A stretch of 64,000 nucleotides of DNA, taken from Lama glama (Eukaryota). Of this stretch, positions 13,240 to 25,843 are shown one piece after another. The notes under the pieces were generated by a model, which was given only the letters and a program-made list of their open reading frames with translations, was not told where the DNA came from and did no database searches. The translations under genes and the position numbers were made by a program. Location of the stretch: positions 18,106,001 through 18,170,000 of the forward strand of contig CM052817.1 in NCBI GenBank assembly GCA_028534125.1, written 5' to 3'. The stretch's first letter is position 1. The number at the start of each line of letters is the position of its first letter.

Positions 13240-14475
13240 TTAAAGATGTTTTGACACACAAAGCTGTACTTGATTAATGTACATAACTTGATGAGTTTGG
13301 AGATAAGTATATATCCATGAAAACACCACCACATTTTGCACCATAAACTTATCCATTACATTCAAAAGTTTTCTCCCACTCTCATATTTATTATTAGTAT
13401 TATTGTTGTTCTTGTTATTATTGTGTGATAAGAACACTTGACATAAGATCTACCTTCCTAGCAAAATTTTAAGTATGCTGGATAGTGTTGGTAACCACAG
13501 TCCACAAACGATAAATGCTGGAGAGGCTGTGGAGAAAACGGAACCTCACACAGTGCTGGTGGGATTGTAGTTTGGTGCAGCCACTATGGAAAACAGTATG
13601 GAGGTTCCTCAAAAGACTAAAAACAGACTTCCTACATGACCCAGGAATCCCACTCCCGAGCATATATCCAGAACAAACCTTAATTCAAAAAGCTACATGC
13701 GCCCCAATGTTCATGGCAGCACTATTTACAATAGCTAAGACATGGAAACAACCTAAATGTCCATCAACAGATGACTGGATAAAGAAGCTATGGTATATTT
13801 ATACAATGGAGTACTACTCAGCCACCACAAATAATAAAATAATACCATTTGCAGCAACATGGATGTCTTTGTTCTTAGAACGTTGTTCTAAGTGAAGTAA
13901 GCCAGGAAGAGAAAGAAAAATACCATATGAGATCAATTATATGTGGAATATAAGAAAAAAAAAGATAAAGAACTTATTTACAAGACAAACACTCACAGAC
14001 GTAGAAAACAAACTTATGGTTACCAGGGTGTGAAGGAGTTGGGAAGGGATAAATTGGGAGTTTGAGATCTGCAAATACTACTATATATAAAATAGATAAA
14101 CAACAAGTTTCTATGGTATAGCACAGGGAACTATATTCAATATCTTGCAGTAAGTTATGGTGAAAAAGAGTATGAAAAGGAATATATGTATGTTCATGTA
14201 TGATGGAAGCATTATGCTGTACACCAGCAACTGAGACAAGATTGTAAACTGACTCTACTTCAATAAAAAAAAATATATATATATATATATAAAACTAAAA
14301 AAAATAGGCTATGATGTACAGGAGATCTTTAGGACTTATTCATCTTGTATAATGAAGACTTCATACCCTTTGGCTAATCCCTCACTGTTGGCCCCTCCCC
14401 TCAGCCCCTGGCAACCACCATTCTACCCTCTGTTTCTAAGAGTTTGACTATTTTATATTCATCATGTAAGTAGTA
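13240..14475 (-). mobile_element. Old L1M (L1MA/MB-like) 3'UTR, split by a younger L1
   Basis: AATGTACATAACTTGATGAGTTTGGAGATAAGTATATATCCATGAAAAC; resumes at ~14305 with TAGGCTATGATGTACAGGAGATC...CCCTGGCAACCACCATTCTAC. Confidence 0.8.
13497..14304 (+). mobile_element. Younger 5'-truncated L1 (ORF2 end plus 3'UTR)
   Basis: ORF 13515-13895 contains [43 protein letters not shown]; ends CTACTTCAATAAAA plus A/TA tail. Confidence 0.93.
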
Positions 14476-14874
14476 TTGTGACATTTAAAGCTTCATGCTT
14501 TAAATCCTCTCAGGGAAAAAATATCAATGCCATGTCCAAGTATATTCATGTCTCCTCAAATTTTTAGTCATAGCATACATTTGATCAAGACTTCTATATT
14601 CACTGCATGTTTTTCCCAGTATCCTACAAATCTAGTAACAGATATTGGGACTAAACATCTTAAGGAGTCAGAGAAAGGCGAGATGGTGCCAAGTACCCTG
14701 GTGAAAACACTATCATAAAATGTTGTATTCACACCAAAGACCATTAACAAAATATATTACATTTTTATCAACATTACATATGAACTCTGCGACAAGGTCT
14801 ATTGTTAACTCAAACTTTAAACTTTAGTAATAGCAGAGCAAGAGTTCTTTACAGTTAAGAACAAAATTATATGC

Positions 14875-15695
14875 TCCACTTTGCTAATCATCAGGGAAAT
14901 GCAAATCAAAACCACAATGAGATAGCACCTCACACCTGTCAGAAGGGCCATCATTAAAAAGAACACAAATAGCAAATGTTGGCAAGAATGGGAAAAGGGA
15001 ACTTTGTACACTTTTGGTGGGAATTAAATTGGTGCAGCAACTGTGGAAAACGCGATGGAAGTTTCTCAGAAAACTGAGACTAGAACTACTTTATGACCCA
15101 GCGATTCCACTCCAGGGTACATATCTGAAAAAAAGAAAAACACTAATTCAAAAAGATACACATTCCAACCCCTCCTCACCGCCATGTTCACAGCAGCACT
15201 ATTTCCAATGGCCTAGCCAAGATATGGTAGCGACCTAAGGGTCCATCAAAAGGTGAATGGATAAAGAAGATGTGGTATATATACATAATGGAATACTACT
15301 CAGCCATAAAAAGAATGAAATTTTGCCATTTGCAACAACATGAACAGATTTGGAGGGCATTATGCTAAGTGAAATAAGTCAGAAAAAGAAAGACAAATAC
15401 TGTATGACATTACTTATATGTGGACTCTAAAAAAACCCAACAAAGTAGTGAATATTAACAAAAAAGAAACAGACTCATAGATGCAGAGAACAAACTAGTG
15501 GTTACCAGTGGGGAGAGGGAAGGGGGAGGGGCAATATAGGGGTAGGGTATTAAGAGGTACAAACTATAATGTATAAAATAAGCCCAATATTTTATAATAG
15601 CTATAAAGGGAGTCTAACCTTTAACAATTGTTAATCACTAGGTCGTACACCTGTAACATATAATTTTGTACATCAACTATACTTCAGTTAAAAAA
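14875..15695 (+). mobile_element. 5'-truncated L1 (ORF2 end plus 3'UTR)
   Basis: CTAATCATCAGGGAAATGCAAATCAAAACCACAATGAG...CATCAACTATACTTCAGTTAAAAAA. Confidence 0.92.
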
Positions 15696-15927
15696 GCAGA
15701 ATCATAAAATCATAACTGAAGTCAATACAGGTGTGATTCACAATTGCCTTAAAAATCCAGCAGGTATTTTGGGTAGGTTAGTACTTTCCTTCAATCTGAG
15801 AAGTGAGATTATCTACCTATTAATATCTACTTTTTAATAGCAAGCATTAATATGTTCTGAGCCGGAGGCTTGGTAAAACAGAAAACTCACTAGTAATTTC
15901 TAAATTAAGTCTTCATAGCTTGATTCC

Positions 15928-16100
15928 ACTGGTTCAGAATGTCCAGACCAAATCATGTGGGGTGTCTGTTAAAAATGCCACTACCTAAGCCCCATCCTAG
16001 ACCCACTATATTAGGATCTTTGGAGGAAAGATTGAGGAAACTGCATTTTTAACAAGCCCTCTACCCCATCCCAAGTGATTATTAGGCACTCCAGATTTTT
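15928..16100. mobile_element. MER5-like hAT-Charlie element
   Basis: GTTAAAAATGC...CCCATCCTAGACC...CTGCATTTTTAACAAGCCC...CAAGTGATT. Confidence 0.65.
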
Positions 16101-17151
16101 AAAAAACCCAATTTCCAACATAAACACAAGAATTTTAGATTGTCAAATAAAATAACTTTTCATTTCTCTTTAACAATATTGGGAAATGAGGAGTTCCAGC
16201 TGAGTGAGTTTCCCAGAAGACTTTAATTTCAGTTTACCCCCATAAGTCCTGGAACTTTTCAATGTTTTAAACATTTTAATAAAAATCTTTCTAAACTGTG
16301 TTATATAATGCACCATCTCCAACAGAATATATTACACACATTAGGCATTGTTATGGGTGACTCAAGATCATTATTACAAATATCCATTATTATAAAAATA
16401 GCTTAAAAATTTATGAAGTCTATAAAACTGTCTGATTGTACCCTAAAGTCTGTTGCCAGCTGTGTTTTTATGATATTACAGTTGCTTTTTTTGTGTTTGG
16501 TTTAGATAATTTTCCCGGTTTCACCCTTGCTGATAGGTAACTTTTATTAATGGCACCATTACTTTTTCTACTTTCCATGTTTCCGTTTAATAAGCTCTGG
16601 GAAAGCATGAGGAATTCTGGATGAGTAAAGTTCTTGTGTGGGCGTGAGGATCAGTTGGAATGCTTTCCGGTGTCATGAAAAGCCTCAACTCAGATTAAAT
16701 TAAACAATAAAGGAATTTATTATCTCACATAAGAAGAATCCTTGTTTTGCATAGTTGCAATCAAATTATACATACGAGATTTATCCTGCTTGTTTCACTT
16801 ATTATATCAAACCATTTCCTATGTCATTAAAATGCTTAATATTCTTACATATAATGTTTCACCATACACAATTAATTCAACAAAATTTGTTGGGTGTCAT
16901 CTATGTGCCAAGCATAGGAAGGTGGCGGAGATGAAGTGAGGAGTGATGACATGCATGATTCCCAGTCTCAGACTTCCACTTTACTAGGAATGTTCCATTA
17001 GTTATTTGACCACTATTGTTTCCAAAGAATTGTTTGACAATTATACATTCTGATAAACATTTTGCTTATATTTTGGTTTATTCCCACAGGAGTAACTTCT
17101 CACAGTGATGTCACTGGGTCATTTTAAGGCTCTTTATATGTATGTTTTGAG

Positions 17152-17615
17152 ATTTTTTTTGTGTGATAAAATACACATAAATGAAATTTACCATTTCAGC
17201 TACTTTTAAATGTACAATTCAGTGGCATAAGCTATACCACAATGTTATATAACCACTGCCACTAACCATCTCCAGAGCTCTTCATCATCCCAAATTGAAA
17301 TCCTACCCATGAAATGATAACTTCCCACCCCTCCTTTCCCAGACCCTAGTAACTACCACTGTGATTTCTTTCTCTATGAATCTGACTATTCTAGGTCCTT
17401 CATATAAGTGAAATCATACAATATTCATCCTTTTGTGTCTGGTTTATTCCACTTAGCGTAATGTTTTCAAAGTTCATTCACATTGTAGCAGGTATCAAAT
17501 TTCATTCCTTTTTAAGGCCAAATAATATTTTCATTGTGTGTATATATACCATATTTTATTTCTGCATCTGTTGATGGACATTTGGATTGTTTCCACCTTT
17601 TGGCTATTACGAACA
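17152..17615 (-). mobile_element. L1MA/MB-like 3'UTR
   Basis: GATAAAATACACATAAATGAAATTTACCATTT...TGTACAATTCAGTGGCAT...GTTGATGGACATTTGGATTGTTTCCACCTTTTGGCTATT. Confidence 0.85.
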
Positions 17616-17929
17616 TCTCACTCTATTTTTAAATTGCTTTCTAAAATAGACTGTAGTAGACAGTCTGGTTAGGCCTACTGACAGTACATAAACAATTTTT
17701 TTTTACAGTTTCATTCACATAATTATTTTTTTTAACTTTGTTAATAGGAGAAAAAATCTTAGCACTAGTTTGTTTGCTATTTCTTCATTTGCTAGTCAAG
17801 TGACTATTTTCAACTGTTTATATTTCCACTTTTGTGAAATATCTGTTCATGTTTGTCACCTATATATATATATATGCATATATTTGAATCTTAAGATTTT
17901 TCTTATTGTAAGAATTTTTTGGTATATGT

Positions 17930-18248
17930 ATTTTTTTGTTGAAGTATAGTCAGTTTACAATGTTGCGTCAATTTCTGTTGTACAGCATAATGCTTCCGTC
18001 ACACATGAACATACAGATACTCGTTTTCATATTCTTTTTCACCATAAGTTACAAGATATTGAATATAGTTCCCTGTGGTTTACAGTAGAAACTTGTAATC
18101 TATTTTATATATGTATTACTTCATATCTGCAAATCTCAAACTCCCAATTTATCCCTTCCTATCCCCTTCACACCCTGGTAACCATAAGTTTGTTTTCTAT
18201 GTCTGTGAGTCTGTTTCTGTTTTGTAAAAAAGTTCGTTTGTCTTTTTT
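17930..18248 (-). mobile_element. Young L1 3'UTR fragment (similar to 13497-14304)
   Basis: TTGAAGTATAGTCAGTTTACAATGTTG...CCCTGGTAACCATAAGTTTGTTTTCTATGTCTGTGAGTCTG; TTGTAAGA on both flanks. Confidence 0.88.
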
Positions 18249-18859
18249 GTAAGAGCTCTTTTTTTTTTAATTTAAAAATATTTCCCCATTATCCAATTTA
18301 CTGCACATATGTTTCCCAGTTTATTTTAGCCTTTCCATTTTGGTCAGGCTTCTTTTTGATATAGAGACTATTTTTCATCTTAATGGAGTCAAATTTATCA
18401 TTTAGTACATTTGTAAATTATATAATCTATTTTAAGCTTAGAAAATTCATTCCCATCAAGAGCATATTTCTTCACTGATTTTTCACTCAATGCTTTATCC
18501 ATCTCAAGTTGGATATATCAGTGTAAGATGATCTAAACAATTTCTTTGGACACTTTTGATTGCTAGTCTTACTTAATCTTTCTGCTACATTGGCTGCTAA
18601 CCACAATTTTTGAAAGTATGTCTGCCATTTTATTGCTCCCTCTTTCCTGGTTCTTACACATTCTTGCTGTTAGTTTTTAGGTTCCTTTCCTGCACCTCTT
18701 TTCTACCTGTTCCTAAGGCTGATTTCAACTGTTTATTGTTCTCATTGTATATTCTCTCTGAGTAATCAGCATATTGGATGACACCTCCCCCTGACCCTCC
18801 CCCTTTTTTTAATATTTGGCAGAAATACCTACGTGGGTTTCAGATCTATGTGTTTAGTC

Positions 18860-20060
18860 ATTGATTCATATAATATTCACCAAATATCAATTGCACATTT
18901 ACTCCACCAGGCAGTTTTTTAGGCTCAGGAGATAAAATGCCTACTCTTGTGGAACTTACATACCTCTGGGGGTCACTGACAATATTGCAAGTAAATACTA
19001 TATAGTATTTTAGGTAGTGATAAGGGCTATAGAGAACTAATACAGGCAAAGAAGTTAAAAAGTGTCTATGGCTGATGGGGGTAGGGTATAGCTTAGTGGG
19101 AGAGTGCATGCTCAGCATGCACAAGGTCGTGGGTTCAATCCCCAACACTTCCACTAAAAATGATAACAATAAAATGGATAAATCTAATCACCTCCCCCCT
19201 AATAGCTAAAACAAAAACAAAACAAAAAGTATCTGTGGGTGGATGTGAGGATTGCAATTTTAATTTGAATGGTCAGGGAAGGCCCTGCTGAGAAGGCGAC
19301 ATTTATGCAAAGAGCTGAAGGAGATAGAGGAGGGAACAACCATTGTGGATATCTGTTAGAAGAACATTCCAGGCAGAAAGAAGGAAAAGCAAATGTAAAA
19401 GCCTGAGGCAATACTGTTCCTAGTTTGTTCCAGGAGCGAGGGAACCGAAAGCCTTTGCAGACTGAATCAGAAGGAGAGCAATAGGAAATGAGGCCAAAGA
19501 TGCAATTAGGGTCACATCACACAGGGCCCTGTCAGCCATTTATTGCTTTTACCCTGAGCAAAATGGGCTGTTTGAGAATTTTAAGGAGAGAAATAACATG
19601 ATCTCTAGCAGATGTGCCAAGAATAGACTTTGGGAGAGCGTGGGCAAAACATGGAAACCAGTTAAGAGGTGATTGCAATAATCCAGGGTAGAGCTGATTG
19701 CTGCTTGGACCAGAGTGGTAGCTGCAGAGCTGATGAGAAATGGTAGAGTAAGCAGGATTTGCTGAGTGATTAGATGTGGGAATGTGAGAAAGGATCTCAG
19801 TCACTGAGTGGGAGGCTATAAGAGAAGCAGGTTTGGAGGAGAGTATTAGGAGCATGGGTTTTGAACATGTGAACCGGTGATGCAATTAGTATTTGAGTGG
19901 AGATGTCAGTATGCGTCTAGAGTTCACACAATAGCTCTGAGCTGGAGAGATAAATCTGGGGGTCAATAAAATATAATGGCATTTAAACCTCTAAGATTGG
20001 ATGAAATTATAAAAAAAAATGAGTGCAGTAGAGGAGAATTGTACACACTGAACCCTCAGC
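18860..20060 (-). mobile_element. L2 LINE interrupted by a SINE
   Basis: Starts TCATTGATTCAT; contains GGTCAGGGAAGGCCCTGCTGAGAAGGCGACATTT and TTTTGAACATGTGAA. Confidence 0.8.
19077..19228 (+). mobile_element. Camelid tRNA-Ala-derived SINE, long form
   Basis: GGGTATAGCTTAGTGGGAGAGTGCATGCTCAGCATGCACAAGGTCGTGGGTTCAATCCCC; approximate target-site duplication AAAAAGTGTCTATGG / AAAAAGTATCTGTGG. Confidence 0.87.
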
Positions 20061-20459
20061 ACTCTGTATATGTACAAAACAATCATTTTGATAGAACAGA
20101 GGAATAAAAACTGAGAGGAAAGAGTAAGCTATTATCCAGGTTTAAGATCCTATATGATTATTAAAATCTTGCACCAAATTTAGCTTTAAGCTTCCTGGCA
20201 GCCAAAGAATGAATATCACTTATCAAATTCTCAGAAGCCTTGTTGCCATTATTACTTCTTTCTTTTACTTTGCAATGATAAGCCACTAGATTTTCCAAAG
20301 ATCCTCTCCCATCCATTTCTACTCCAGTGGGTGTACATTACTGTGGCTTTCTTCCATTTATCCAACCACATTTCTTATTAGGTAGAAATCAGATTTTAGG
20401 TTTAGCTCTTTCAAATCATAATATGGTATTCTGGTCTTTCCAAGTGGTTCAATGTTAAA

Positions 20460-20474
20460 ATGCGCGCGCGCGCG

Positions 20475-20567
<93 letters not shown>
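20460..20567. repeat. (GC)7-ATA-(CA)44 compound microsatellite
   Basis: Read directly; uninterrupted purine-pyrimidine alternation. Confidence 0.97.
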
Positions 20568-20594
20568 CTGCTACAGAGAAATCACATGAGACTG

Positions 20595-20770
20595 AACAGC
20601 CAGCACTCTTTGTGGCCCACTCAGGAATTCGGTTTTTTTTTTCCGTCTCCTTTCCTGACTCACTCTCCTTGCCCCTCACTCTTGCTTCCCTGGGGTTGCA
20701 CTCCCTAAGGAATTATTGTTATATAAGCCTTTACCTCAGGTTCTGTTTTCTAGAGAACCTGCATTCAAAT
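20595..20770 (+). mobile_element. ERVL-class LTR 3' fragment (LTR16-like)
   Basis: CCCCTCACTCTTGCTTCCCTGGGGTTGCACTCCCTAA...CTCAGGTTCTGTTTTCTAGAGAACC. Confidence 0.5.
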
Positions 20771-20939
20771 GTCACCATGGACTGTACCCTGAGGCATGGG
20801 CCCTGTAAAGACTCTTATGAGCTTATTTTTGTCGAACGTGCTCTTACATATTTTTTCTTGTGTTCTTTCTTTCCACATTCCTCTTTTGCACAATTTAAGC
20901 TCTTGTCCTTAACACTCTTAAGGGCTTAGATAATCATAG

Positions 20940-21120
20940 CTAATTATGCACCAGGCAACTTTACAACCATTTTCACTTCGCTACAATCCTGTCTAGGTAC
21001 TATTATTATTACCTTTTTACAAAAGAGGAAACTGAGGTTAAGATGTTTAGTGACAAGGCCAAAGTCACACAGTTAGTAAATGGCTGTGTGAACTCCAGAA
21101 TCCGTATTCTTAATGACATT
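20940..21120 (-). mobile_element. MIR SINE
   Basis: TTTTACAAAAGAGGAAACTGAGG...CCAAAGTCACACAGTTAGTAAATGGC. Confidence 0.8.
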
Positions 21121-22499
21121 ATAGTTCAAATAAGCCTCCACTGAGGACCTGGCTTTCCTGGAACCAAGATACAGGGGATTCTCTCCTTATGAGGGGTTTA
21201 GATTCCAAATGGCTGCACTTATGACCATGTTTTTTATTCATTCAAACTTAATGAGAAAGGGACTTAAATTTGCAGTTTCTAGATGAATTTTCCACAAAAG
21301 GAGAGGAAAGTGGGTAACCCTTTGAAACTTTAAAACTGGTCTACTTTTCTTGTCCTTGTTCATGTGCGTTCTATAGCATCTCTTTCTAAAATGGTCATAT
21401 TCTGTATACTTTGAAATTGAGGGCAGGTAATTCCCTCCTAGATAAATTCTTCAAGTGTTGAAACTTTTAGCAGCTTTGTGTCCGAGAACTCACAGATGTT
21501 ACAAACTTTTGACTGGCGCTTTGAGCCCATGGAATCATGCTTTGCCTGAAAGCAAGAATTTTACCATCCTAAGCTTTAAATTCTAGAAAAAATACATCTT
21601 TTTAAATGATTTAGGATTAGGGTAGTAGGCATCTGATTTAGAAGCTTATTCTCTTGCATCATACTCCAAAGTTTTTCCATTCCATCAATCACTTTTCCAG
21701 TCCCTTGCTGTCAAGAGCATAGGCATATCATGGTTTATCTGTTGTGTAATTTGCCTTTTCATTTTTAGAATTGTTGGTACTACTCAAGGAATCATCTGTG
21801 TGCACATGAAGCAATTCTCATCATTTTCAGTTGTGAGTATCTCTTATCTCCATCACAATTCTACTCCTCTTTTTACAGAAACTGTGCTTGTCTGATATCA
21901 TGTGATCATGTTCATGTAATACCTCCAATTAAGCAGTAACAGAGCAAACATCCTCTTCAATAAAAGGAATGACCCCCACAAACTCCCTGAGTATCTTGGC
22001 TTATGTGGGCAAAGTTGACTTGCTTTTGCTCTGTTAGGTGGTTTTAAAAATTTTTCATTAATACGTTAAAATGTCTCAAAGAGTTTTTGATTTTCTTTTA
22101 AGAGCCTTTCTTCCTCCATTCAAGGAGAAAATGTTATGATGAGGTATACCACCTTCACTGAACTAGATGGGTAATATTCCATGCCTTATTGGCTTTAGGC
22201 AGAAAGAATCTTGCTAATGAGTTACTTTCACTGTCATTTTTTTCTTTAGTGCTCTCATTTATTCAACAATTTGAGAACTATATTTATATGTGGAGGCTTC
22301 ACTGTTTGGATCTGGGGCCATCAAGTAAGCAGTATCAGTTTAGACATGTTTCCAAAGTTCTCCGGACCTCGATTCCCTTGAAAGCTTGTGTGGGGAATGA
22401 ACTGTACAACATCAAGGAGCTGGTACACAACAGGATTTGCATTTCTCCGAGGGGCTTAACCAGGATGGGCAAACCAAGCGAACTTTCGGATAGTGCTCA

Positions 22500-23230
22500 G
22501 TCAGCACCCAATATTTCAGGGGCCCGGGGTCGCAGCCGAGAAATCCTACTTGTAACCGTCCTCTGGGTCAAAGGCGGACCTGAAAGGCTCCGTGGGCGGT
22601 GTGAGACGCAGGACCAAGCGCCTCTCAGCCACACGCTGGAGCTCCCCACTCCTCCGCCTCCACTCCAGCTCGCGCTCCACGCCCCACCGCCGCCAGCCCG
22701 CCCACGCGGCGACGTCACCGCGCGCCGGCCGGGCGCCGGGACTCGCCGCCCACGGCGTGGGAGCCGGAAGCCGGGCGAGCAGCGGAGCGCGGCGTCCCGG
22801 AACCGCGGAGCCTGAGAGCTCGCGCACCTGGGGAGAAGCGGCCGCAGACAGCGGGCATGCGCGACGCTGCCAGGCGGCGCAGGCGCGCTGCCGGCCTCGC
22901 GCGAGGGACGAGATCCGGTTCTCCGGGTTGGAGAGGGTGGGGCGTCGTGGGCTGTGCAGCGTGCAGGGGGAGAAAAAGTAGACAGGGAAGCAGCTGGACT
23001 CTTGAGAAGGGCGGATTTGCTTCTGGGATGGGGACGGGCCGGCTGCACGGATCCTGGTGTGCGTCTGTGCTAGGCGTGCCCCACGGAGTAAGGGATTTGT
23101 CGGAAGATGAAATCAAACCGCCACGCAAAGTGCGATACTCTTTTCTTGCGCCGAAACACGCTCAAAATACACACCCAGAGCCTGGGGCCAGTTCTTCCCA
23201 GGGATGACAGCGTACCTGTGTGCCGGGCAC
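22500..23230. promoter_or_regulatory. Second CpG island ~3 kb upstream of STIM2 (candidate alternative or antisense promoter)
   Basis: CpG-dense block with CRE-like GACGTCAC (22711), ETS-like CCGGAAG (~22764) and GC-rich motifs; no credible protein ORF. Confidence 0.8.
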
Positions 23231-24169
23231 CTGCAAAGGCTGACTTGTTATTTCAGTCTCCCGCCGCCACCAACAGCCCTATGAGGCTGACTTTATTACA
23301 AGGTCCCCAGTTTCCCGTCTGGAAACCTAGGACAGATTAACTTGTCTACAGGTCGCACAGCTCAAAAGTGGTGTTGTTTCCTCCAGATTTATCTGATTCC
23401 AAAGCTTATCAGATGCTTGACGTCATGAATGGGTGAAAATTAGACAATAAAAGCATTCTGTAAATAAATGGTAAATCGTGAGGTTTGGACGTTAAGAGGT
23501 ATAAACCAAGCTGTAGGAATGTCAGGGAAAAGGAGTCAAAGTGGATTTTGAATAGTATTTGGCAAGAGAAAAGGAGAGAAGACAGCTTTTGGGAGGCAAG
23601 GAAAGGGAAAGAAAAGGCTTAGAGGTGGAACAGGAAACCTGAGAAGAAAGGGAAGTGATTGCCTCAACTGGAACCTTGTGTTTACGTTTGGCTTGCAAAT
23701 TGGAGCATCTGTAATTCTAGCGATAGGATTCGGTTCCAAACCAACAGACTTTCTCTTTTCTGCATCTAGGTTTATGCTAGATGCCGAGTAATAACTATGC
23801 CTTTGTTCAGCAAGAAGGTGCATTCTGGCCATTCACTTAACAGTCGGAAACCTTGGTACCCGTGACAAAGATGATACGAGATGGAGGATTTCTTGCTGAA
23901 CCCTGTCCTGGGAGGGGACCCTTTAGTGCTTGCAGGTTCTCTATCTCTGCAACTCCTTTGTGGCTCCACTAGTGAGAGGAATAAACACTTAATCATAATC
24001 CCAAATCCAGTACCCTCTCAGTGCCAGCATCTATCTTTAAAAGAAAGAAAAAAGTCCATATCATCTTTGTTTAAAGAGGCTTGGCCCCAGTGATTTGTTA
24101 ATTTGTTCTTGGTTTCATACTGCTGTTACTGCTATAACAGTTTGCTCTGCCTAATTTAACAACTGATTA

Positions 24170-24385
24170 ACTACTACTTTAGCCTCTAATTGTTTAATGG
24201 GTGTACATTTTAATCTCCTAAGCAAGATTATAAGATTCCCGAGGCAGGAACTGTGTTCTCTATCTTGTATCTCTGAATACTGACTTGATTTTTTTCAAGT
24301 GTCTCTCTTACGCCCCTTGAAACACCAATACTGAGTACTCTGCCTGGCACATGCTAGGCACTCAGTTAATATTGAATGAATGAAA
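24170..24385 (+). mobile_element. L2 3' end
   Basis: TGCCTGGCACATGCTAGGCACTCAGTTAATATTGAATGAATGAA. Confidence 0.75.
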
Positions 24386-24871
24386 TGTTGCCTTCTGGAG
24401 AGCAAGAAACAAGCCTGTTATTCCTTTATATTTTGCTGGCTTTCTAGAAGAACTATCTCCTTTAGGAGGACATTCAGCAAATATGTAACTTGATTGCTGT
24501 GCCTTTCAGCAGCGGAAATATAATCTCCCTGTTGCCTTAAAAAGAAATACCACCTAAACACCATGCCCCCAAGAAGTCTGTCAAGAAATCATTGTGGATA
24601 GATTGATTAGCCTCAAATAAATTCTTAATTCTTTTCTGCAGTGTGCATCTGCCCTTCCTCAGGCAGTGATATTCATAGTTATGTTGGCTAGGCTGCCTAA
24701 GAAATTCTTTGGGAGAGTGTAACTTGAGTATCTTCCTGACTTGAGAAAACAAACCAATAAAAAACCAAATCAAAACCCTAACCCAACAATAGAACCCAAT
24801 ACCAAACAGGACTTTTGTGCTTAAGAACCCTATCTGCAAATCTTTAACAATTTTGTGCCGCTGGAGAGAGA

Positions 24872-24926
24872 ATGCGTGTGTGTGTGTGTGTGTGTGCGCG
24901 TGTGTGTGCGCGCGTGCGTGCGTGCT
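24872..24926. repeat. Mixed (TG)n/(CG)n microsatellite
   Basis: ATGCGTGTGTG...GTGCGCGTGTGTGTGCGCGCGTGCGTGCGTGC. Confidence 0.95.
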
Positions 24927-25094
24927 TCAGACAAGGTAGGTGAAGCCAAGTCCAGTCTCAACCACGTTTTTCTGTCAACCTATTCAGCTGACAGCAAAGA
25001 CTCCATGGGGTGGGGTGCGGTTCTGGAGGTGTTGAGTTCAGCTAAAGTTTAAATACAGGAGAGTCGGAGGCTAGAGCAAATCCTTTTCAATGTT

Positions 25095-25325
25095 TACATT
25101 CAGTGGTGCTACTGAATGTAACTAACCTGCCTCCCATTTACTAGCTTTGGAACCTAGGGGGCAAGTAATGACATTTTTCGGCTTTAGCGTCCTCTTTTGT
25201 AAAATGGGTATGAAAACGGTACCACCCACCTAACTTATAGAATTATAATGTGTGAATTTGTAAAGCGCTTAGGGACACTGCCTGGCACACTGGCACGTAG
25301 CAAGATCTTTAAGTGTTTAATAAGT
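25095..25325 (+). mobile_element. MIR SINE next to the promoter
   Basis: CCATTTACTAGCTTTG...GGCAAGT...CCTCTTTTGTAAAATGGG...GTAAAGCGCTTAGGGACACTGCCTGGCAC. Confidence 0.75.
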
Positions 25326-25843
25326 AAAACCCTACGCTGTGCTAACCTCCACTTCCACACTGCTAGCCTCTTATTAAGCCCCACCGATACCGAAATTCTG
25401 GAGACGCCGCTTTTCTGATTACAGTGTTTTCTAACCCACGCAATTATTTTTGCTGCCGTTTGCAGTGCTAAAACTCGCCCAAACGATTTGGGATATCCGT
25501 ATTCTTATCCCCGCCCCCTTCGTTCCCGCTCCCCCTCCCCCGCCGCCTGAGTAACTGTGGGGGCGTGAATGGGGGAGGGGGGCATGCCCGTCTTCCCTCC
25601 CACCCCCTATCTTCGCTGCTCCGCGAAAGCCTTAGAAACCTCCTCAAGGCTCTCTTGTCCTCCGAGGAACGCCCCCGGGGGCGGGGCTTCAAAGCCGCGC
25701 AGGCCCAGTGCAGCAGCGCCGCGCCTGCGCGTTGGAGAGGCTGAAGGAGGCGGGGGATTGCTATGCGAGCGAATGTGTGAGGGGAGGAGGCGTCCGGGCC
25801 GAGCGTGGTACTACGACGGGCGCGGGCCGGAGGGGGCGGGGGG

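Noticed and set aside
20358..20708. ORFs with CVCV/THTH repeats
   Set aside because: Translations of the CA microsatellite.
22189..23207. Overlapping ORFs of 90-208 aa on both strands
   Set aside because: Low-complexity Arg/Pro/Ala/Gly translations typical of stop-poor CpG islands; the longest begins in MIR-like sequence; no recognisable domain.
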